Below are positions 60,764 to 64,000 of a stretch of 64,000 nt of DNA, piece by piece. The notes under the pieces were generated by a model. That model was given only the letters and a program-made list of their open reading frames with translations. It ran no database searches and had not been told where the DNA came from. The stretch covers positions 896,001 through 960,000 of the forward strand of contig CAWJEN010000005.1 in the NCBI GenBank assembly GCA_963841915.1, written 5' to 3'. The position numbers were made by a program, and so were the translations under genes. Each line of letters begins with the position of its first letter. The first letter of the stretch is position 1. This DNA comes from an uncultured Planctomycetota bacterium. GTDB taxonomy: Bacteria; Planctomycetota; Phycisphaerae; Tepidisphaerales; Tepidisphaeraceae.

Positions 60764-62230
60764 ATGACGTCTTCTTCTGCCCGGCCCGCGTCCGAACCCG
60801 ACAGCGTCGAGCCCTACGACCTCGAAGGCGATGGGCAGGTCGCCACGCCGTGGTCGAGCAGGCCGGGCCGCCGCGTGCGGACGAGTCTGGGCAGTGCGCG
60901 GGGCAACCAGCCCGAGCGCGACGACGACGCCGATGATGCCGTCGCCAACGCGCTGTCACCCGGCAACGGTCGCCGCCAGGCGGTGAAACGTCAAGCTCGT
61001 CGGCGTGAGAGCTTCCGCCGCCTGCCCCGACTTCGCCCGCGTGAGCGGGCGTGGAAGGTGGTGCTCTTTGCTGTGGTCGCCCTCGCCGTCTCTGTCGGTG
61101 CGGCCTTCGCCGCGGCAGTCCTGTTACCGACGACGGCACCGATCGACCTGCCGACACGTCTGGCTGGCCTTGACATGTACTTCTGGCCCGCCGCGACGGT
61201 GGCCATGCTCCTCGTCGTCTTTGCTTTGGCGTCGCTGCTGGCCGGTTCATTTGCCGCAATATTGGTGACGGCCCTCTATGCATTTGCCGTCGTAGCCGGG
61301 GTGGCGGCCATGCCGGATCCGGTGGCACTCTTGGCGACGTCGGCGGCGACCGTCTTGTTGCTGTGGCTCAGAACGCGGCGACTGCTGATCGGCCTCGCCG
61401 GTGGCGTGTTGGCCGGTGGGGCGGCCTGGTTTGCCGTCGAGTCGCTGGTGCTCCCTATCGCAGCCGTCGCACTCGCCTGGCCGCCCCGTCGCCCGATCAT
61501 CGGAACGCTTCGGGTCACGCCACCCGCGCTCGCGGCTGCGCTCGTCTTTCTGGGCGTCGTGATGTGGCAGAGCGGCTCGGTCGGCGATGCCTTGCCCACG
61601 CTGCGAGCTATTTTCGCACGAGACACGTTGCTGGCATGGCCGGGCAACGTGACGTTGCCGACCGTGTTGCTGATGGTGGCCGCCATGGGTGCGGCGGCGT
61701 TGCTGGTCCGCTCGGTTGCGGCCGGATTGTTTGTGGGCGTGTGGGCTGCAACTGCGTGGTGGTCTGCGGGCGTGTTCCCGTTGTGGCCATGCGTCGCCGC
61801 GGCCGTCGCCGTTGCCTTGCACACGGTCGGCAACGCACCACCGACGAAGCTGCGCATGTTGATGCGACCAATTGCTGTTGGAGCCGTCGTGGCATTGCTG
61901 GCGGCGACGATTGTGCCCGAGCGGATGCCTGACCCGTCCCCGTCGATCGAGCGGACAGGCCTGGCCCAGGCCGTCGCCGCCGCAGTGCCGCAGGACGCGT
62001 CGGTGATGGTGCCCGACGATGCAACAGCTGAGGCGTTGCGTCGGCAGGGTCTCACCGTGTCGCAACAGCGCGACGCCGACTACCTGCTGGTGAACGCCAT
62101 CGATCGCCGCCGCATCGGCCGGGCGTTGGCGGTCAATGCCGAGCGGGTGGTTCTGCGGGTGCACACACAAGACGCGGGTGTCGATGCCCGGACGCAATGG
62201 GTGCTTGTTGCACTTGGACGGGGTCGGTGA
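60764..62230 (+). CDS. hypothetical polytopic membrane protein
   Basis: Long ORF with many hydrophobic segments; start at 60746 or 60764. Confidence 0.6.
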   Translation: MTSSSARPASEPDSVEPYDLEGDGQVATPWSSRPGRRVRTSLGSARGNQPERDDDADDAVANALSPGNGRRQAVKRQARRRESFRRLPRLRPRERAWKVVLFAVVALAVSVGAAFAAAVLLPTTAPIDLPTRLAGLDMYFWPAATVAMLLVVFALASLLAGSFAAILVTALYAFAVVAGVAAMPDPVALLATSAATVLLLWLRTRRLLIGLAGGVLAGGAAWFAVESLVLPIAAVALAWPPRRPIIGTLRVTPPALAAALVFLGVVMWQSGSVGDALPTLRAIFARDTLLAWPGNVTLPTVLLMVAAMGAAALLVRSVAAGLFVGVWAATAWWSAGVFPLWPCVAAAVAVALHTVGNAPPTKLRMLMRPIAVGAVVALLAATIVPERMPDPSPSIERTGLAQAVAAAVPQDASVMVPDDATAEALRRQGLTVSQQRDADYLLVNAIDRRRIGRALAVNAERVVLRVHTQDAGVDARTQWVLVALGRGR

Positions 62231-62324
62231 CAGCGCGGGTCGGACCAGCCAAAGCCGCTGAAGCGGCGTTGCCCGCAGGCTTAACAGCGGGCCTTTCCTT
62301 CGTCTCTGCCTTACGCTCCCTCTC

Positions 62325-62876
62325 ATGATCCACCCCTGGCACGACATCTCCCCCGGCCGCGACATTCCCGACGAGTTCGAGACGGTGGTCGAGATCCCCA
62401 GCGGCTCGAGCATCAAGTACGAGCTCGACAAGATGAGCGGCCTGATCCGCCTCGACCGCATGCTCTACTCGGCCGTCTACTACCCGGCGAACTACGGCTT
62501 TATCCCGCAAACGCTGGCCGAGGACGACGACCCGCTCGACGTGCTGGTGCTGTGCAAGGAGCCGGTCGTGCCGTTGACGCTGATGCACTCGCGGCCGATC
62601 GGTTTGATGACGATGCTCGACGAAGGCAAGCGTGACCACAAGATCATTGCCGTCGCGACGGCCGACCCGGAGTACAACCACTACAAGGACGCCGACGAGC
62701 TCCCGCCGCACCGTCTGATGCAGATCGGCCGGTTCTTCAAGGACTACAAGACGATGGAAGGCAAAGCCGTCGAGGTCGACGAGATCCAGCCGGCCCAGGC
62801 GTGCAGCGGGATCATCGAGGATGCGCTATCGCGCTACAGCCGCCATCGCCGGGGCGGGTTTGAGTATGCGAAGTGA
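62325..62876 (+). CDS. ppa: inorganic pyrophosphatase (family I)
   Basis: KYELDK, YPANYG, DDDPLD, DHKI, FFKDYK. Confidence 0.95.
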   Translation: MIHPWHDISPGRDIPDEFETVVEIPSGSSIKYELDKMSGLIRLDRMLYSAVYYPANYGFIPQTLAEDDDPLDVLVLCKEPVVPLTLMHSRPIGLMTMLDEGKRDHKIIAVATADPEYNHYKDADELPPHRLMQIGRFFKDYKTMEGKAVEVDEIQPAQACSGIIEDALSRYSRHRRGGFEYAK

Positions 62877-62879
62877 GCG

Positions 62880-63257
62880 TCACGCAGCCACTGACGGCTC
62901 GGGCTCGTCCCGCATATCCGCTTCGTGGGCTCCACGCTGCTCCTCGGTGACAAGCCATTTGCCCTTCTCCGTCGGCAGCTCGGCGTAGATCAGGAGCCAC
63001 GTCCCGCCCGCGTAGTCGGGATCGTCTTCCCACCGTTCTACCGCGGTCGGCGGTGGGGCGGCCTCGTCATCATCGAGGCAGCCCTGCAGGTGCAACTCGA
63101 CGGCCTCGCGACCCATGGCAAAGAGTTCCAGATAGCTGTCACCCGCGGAGAAGCAGCCCGGCAGATCCGGAAAGCGCAGGCCGTATCCTGCTTCGGGACG
63201 ATCTTCGTCCCGATCCACATGAGCCGGATAGACAACGTATTTGGCTTCCTGTTTCAT
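62880..63257 (-). CDS. hicB: HicB antitoxin
   Basis: YGLRFPDLPGCFSAGD...EAVELHL. Confidence 0.9.
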   Translation of the reverse strand: MKQEAKYVVYPAHVDRDEDRPEAGYGLRFPDLPGCFSAGDSYLELFAMGREAVELHLQGCLDDDEAAPPPTAVERWEDDPDYAGGTWLLIYAELPTEKGKWLVTEEQRGAHEADMRDEPEPSVAA

Positions 63258-63436
63258 AACAGACCTGCTTGTCGCAAGATGCAGCGTTGCGTCGACTTTA
63301 CCACATCTTTCCTCGGGTGCGGCACGGTGACCGTTCCCGGCTTTGTCGGATGCTTGAACTGATGGTGGCTGCCGTTGACGCGTTGTAGACGCCAGCCATT
63401 CTGTGTGAGCAAGCGAATGATCTCGCGGCTACTCAT
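63254..63436 (-). CDS. hicA: HicA toxin
   Basis: GW...GSHHQFKHPTKPGTVTVPHP...ILRQAG. Confidence 0.92.
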   Translation of the reverse strand: MSSREIIRLLTQNGWRLQRVNGSHHQFKHPTKPGTVTVPHPRKDVVKSTQRCILRQAGLL

Positions 63437-64000
63437 GGTCTACGCTAGCCGTTTGCCCCCGTTCTCCTAGCCAAACCCCCGCCTCGAACAGCAGAATGAG
63501 CGGCACGATCAGCCCGATTGTGGCCGTCACGACATCGCCGGGCGTGATAAGGCACGCTGCGATGACGAGCGCGAAGTAGACGAGCTTGCGCTGGTCGCGC
63601 AGCGTCTGAGCCGGAACAATCCCGGCCCGCACGACGCCGGCGACTACCAGCGGCATCTGGAAGCTCAAACCAAACACGATCAGCAGGACCAACACCAGGC
63701 TCACATAGTCCGGCAGCGTGATCATCGGGGCGGCAAGGTTGTTGCTGCCGAACGGGACGACGCGGATCTGGCCGTCGACGTAAAGCTTGAGCCGGTCGGT
63801 CGTCTCGTCGAACCACAGCTGCAACGGCACCGGGTCGGCCGGGTCACCGGCCAACCGCGGCACCGTCTGCACGTCGGCAGTATCGACGGCGACGGGCGTC
63901 GAGTCCTCGAACCCGGCCGGCAGCTTGATCGTCGTGCCGAACCCGATGAAAAAAGACAGCGTCAACGGCAGAATCACGTACCACACGAACATCACACCCG
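63429..64000 (-). CDS. tatC: twin-arginine translocase subunit TatC (3' part)
   Basis: FGLSFQMP, RKLVYF, ITPGD, PLILLFE; runs off the window edge. Confidence 0.88.
   Translation of the reverse strand, partial: GVMFVWYVILPLTLSFFIGFGTTIKLPAGFEDSTPVAVDTADVQTVPRLAGDPADPVPLQLWFDETTDRLKLYVDGQIRVVPFGSNNLAAPMITLPDYVSLVLVLLIVFGLSFQMPLVVAGVVRAGIVPAQTLRDQRKLVYFALVIAACLITPGDVVTATIGLIVPLILLFEAGVWLGERGQTASVDHE

Overview
GC-rich bacterial chromosome segment, most likely from a planctomycete of class Phycisphaerae (inferred from PEP-CTERM proteins, a prepilin/H-X9-DG protein, bacterial topoisomerase VI and a TatC with a periplasmic insertion). Family assignments come from motif recognition by eye; no searches were run. 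Core genes: ilvD, astBD, rbsK, tRNA-Leu(TAA), rny, thiC, pgl, tilS, clpS, top6AB, panD, gltA, ppa, tatC. A decayed accessory region at about 4.4-18.3 kb holds a copper cluster with a broken TolC, an AraC/PEP-CTERM/glycosidase cluster, a recombinase remnant running into a damaged tRNA-Pro, and fragments of purD, a DUF262 protein and a GH71/99-like gene. The most notable items are: (1) two inverted arrays of a GCATAAC core at exact 21-bp spacing (50.87-51.09 kb), followed by a small basic ORF, a decayed copy of its tail and a HEPN RNase gene; (2) an MNT-HEPN toxin-antitoxin pair with its own promoter between top6B and top6A; (3) a KaiA-less kaiB-kaiC with intact S/T phosphosites plus a PAS hybrid kinase, behind a fasciclin/ECF sigma/anti-sigma module; (4) a TPP riboswitch leading a DinB-family gene coupled to thiC; (5) a 6S-RNA-like hairpin upstream of rny; (6) an intact but apparently catalytically dead RAYT; (7) widespread leaderless-type promoters.
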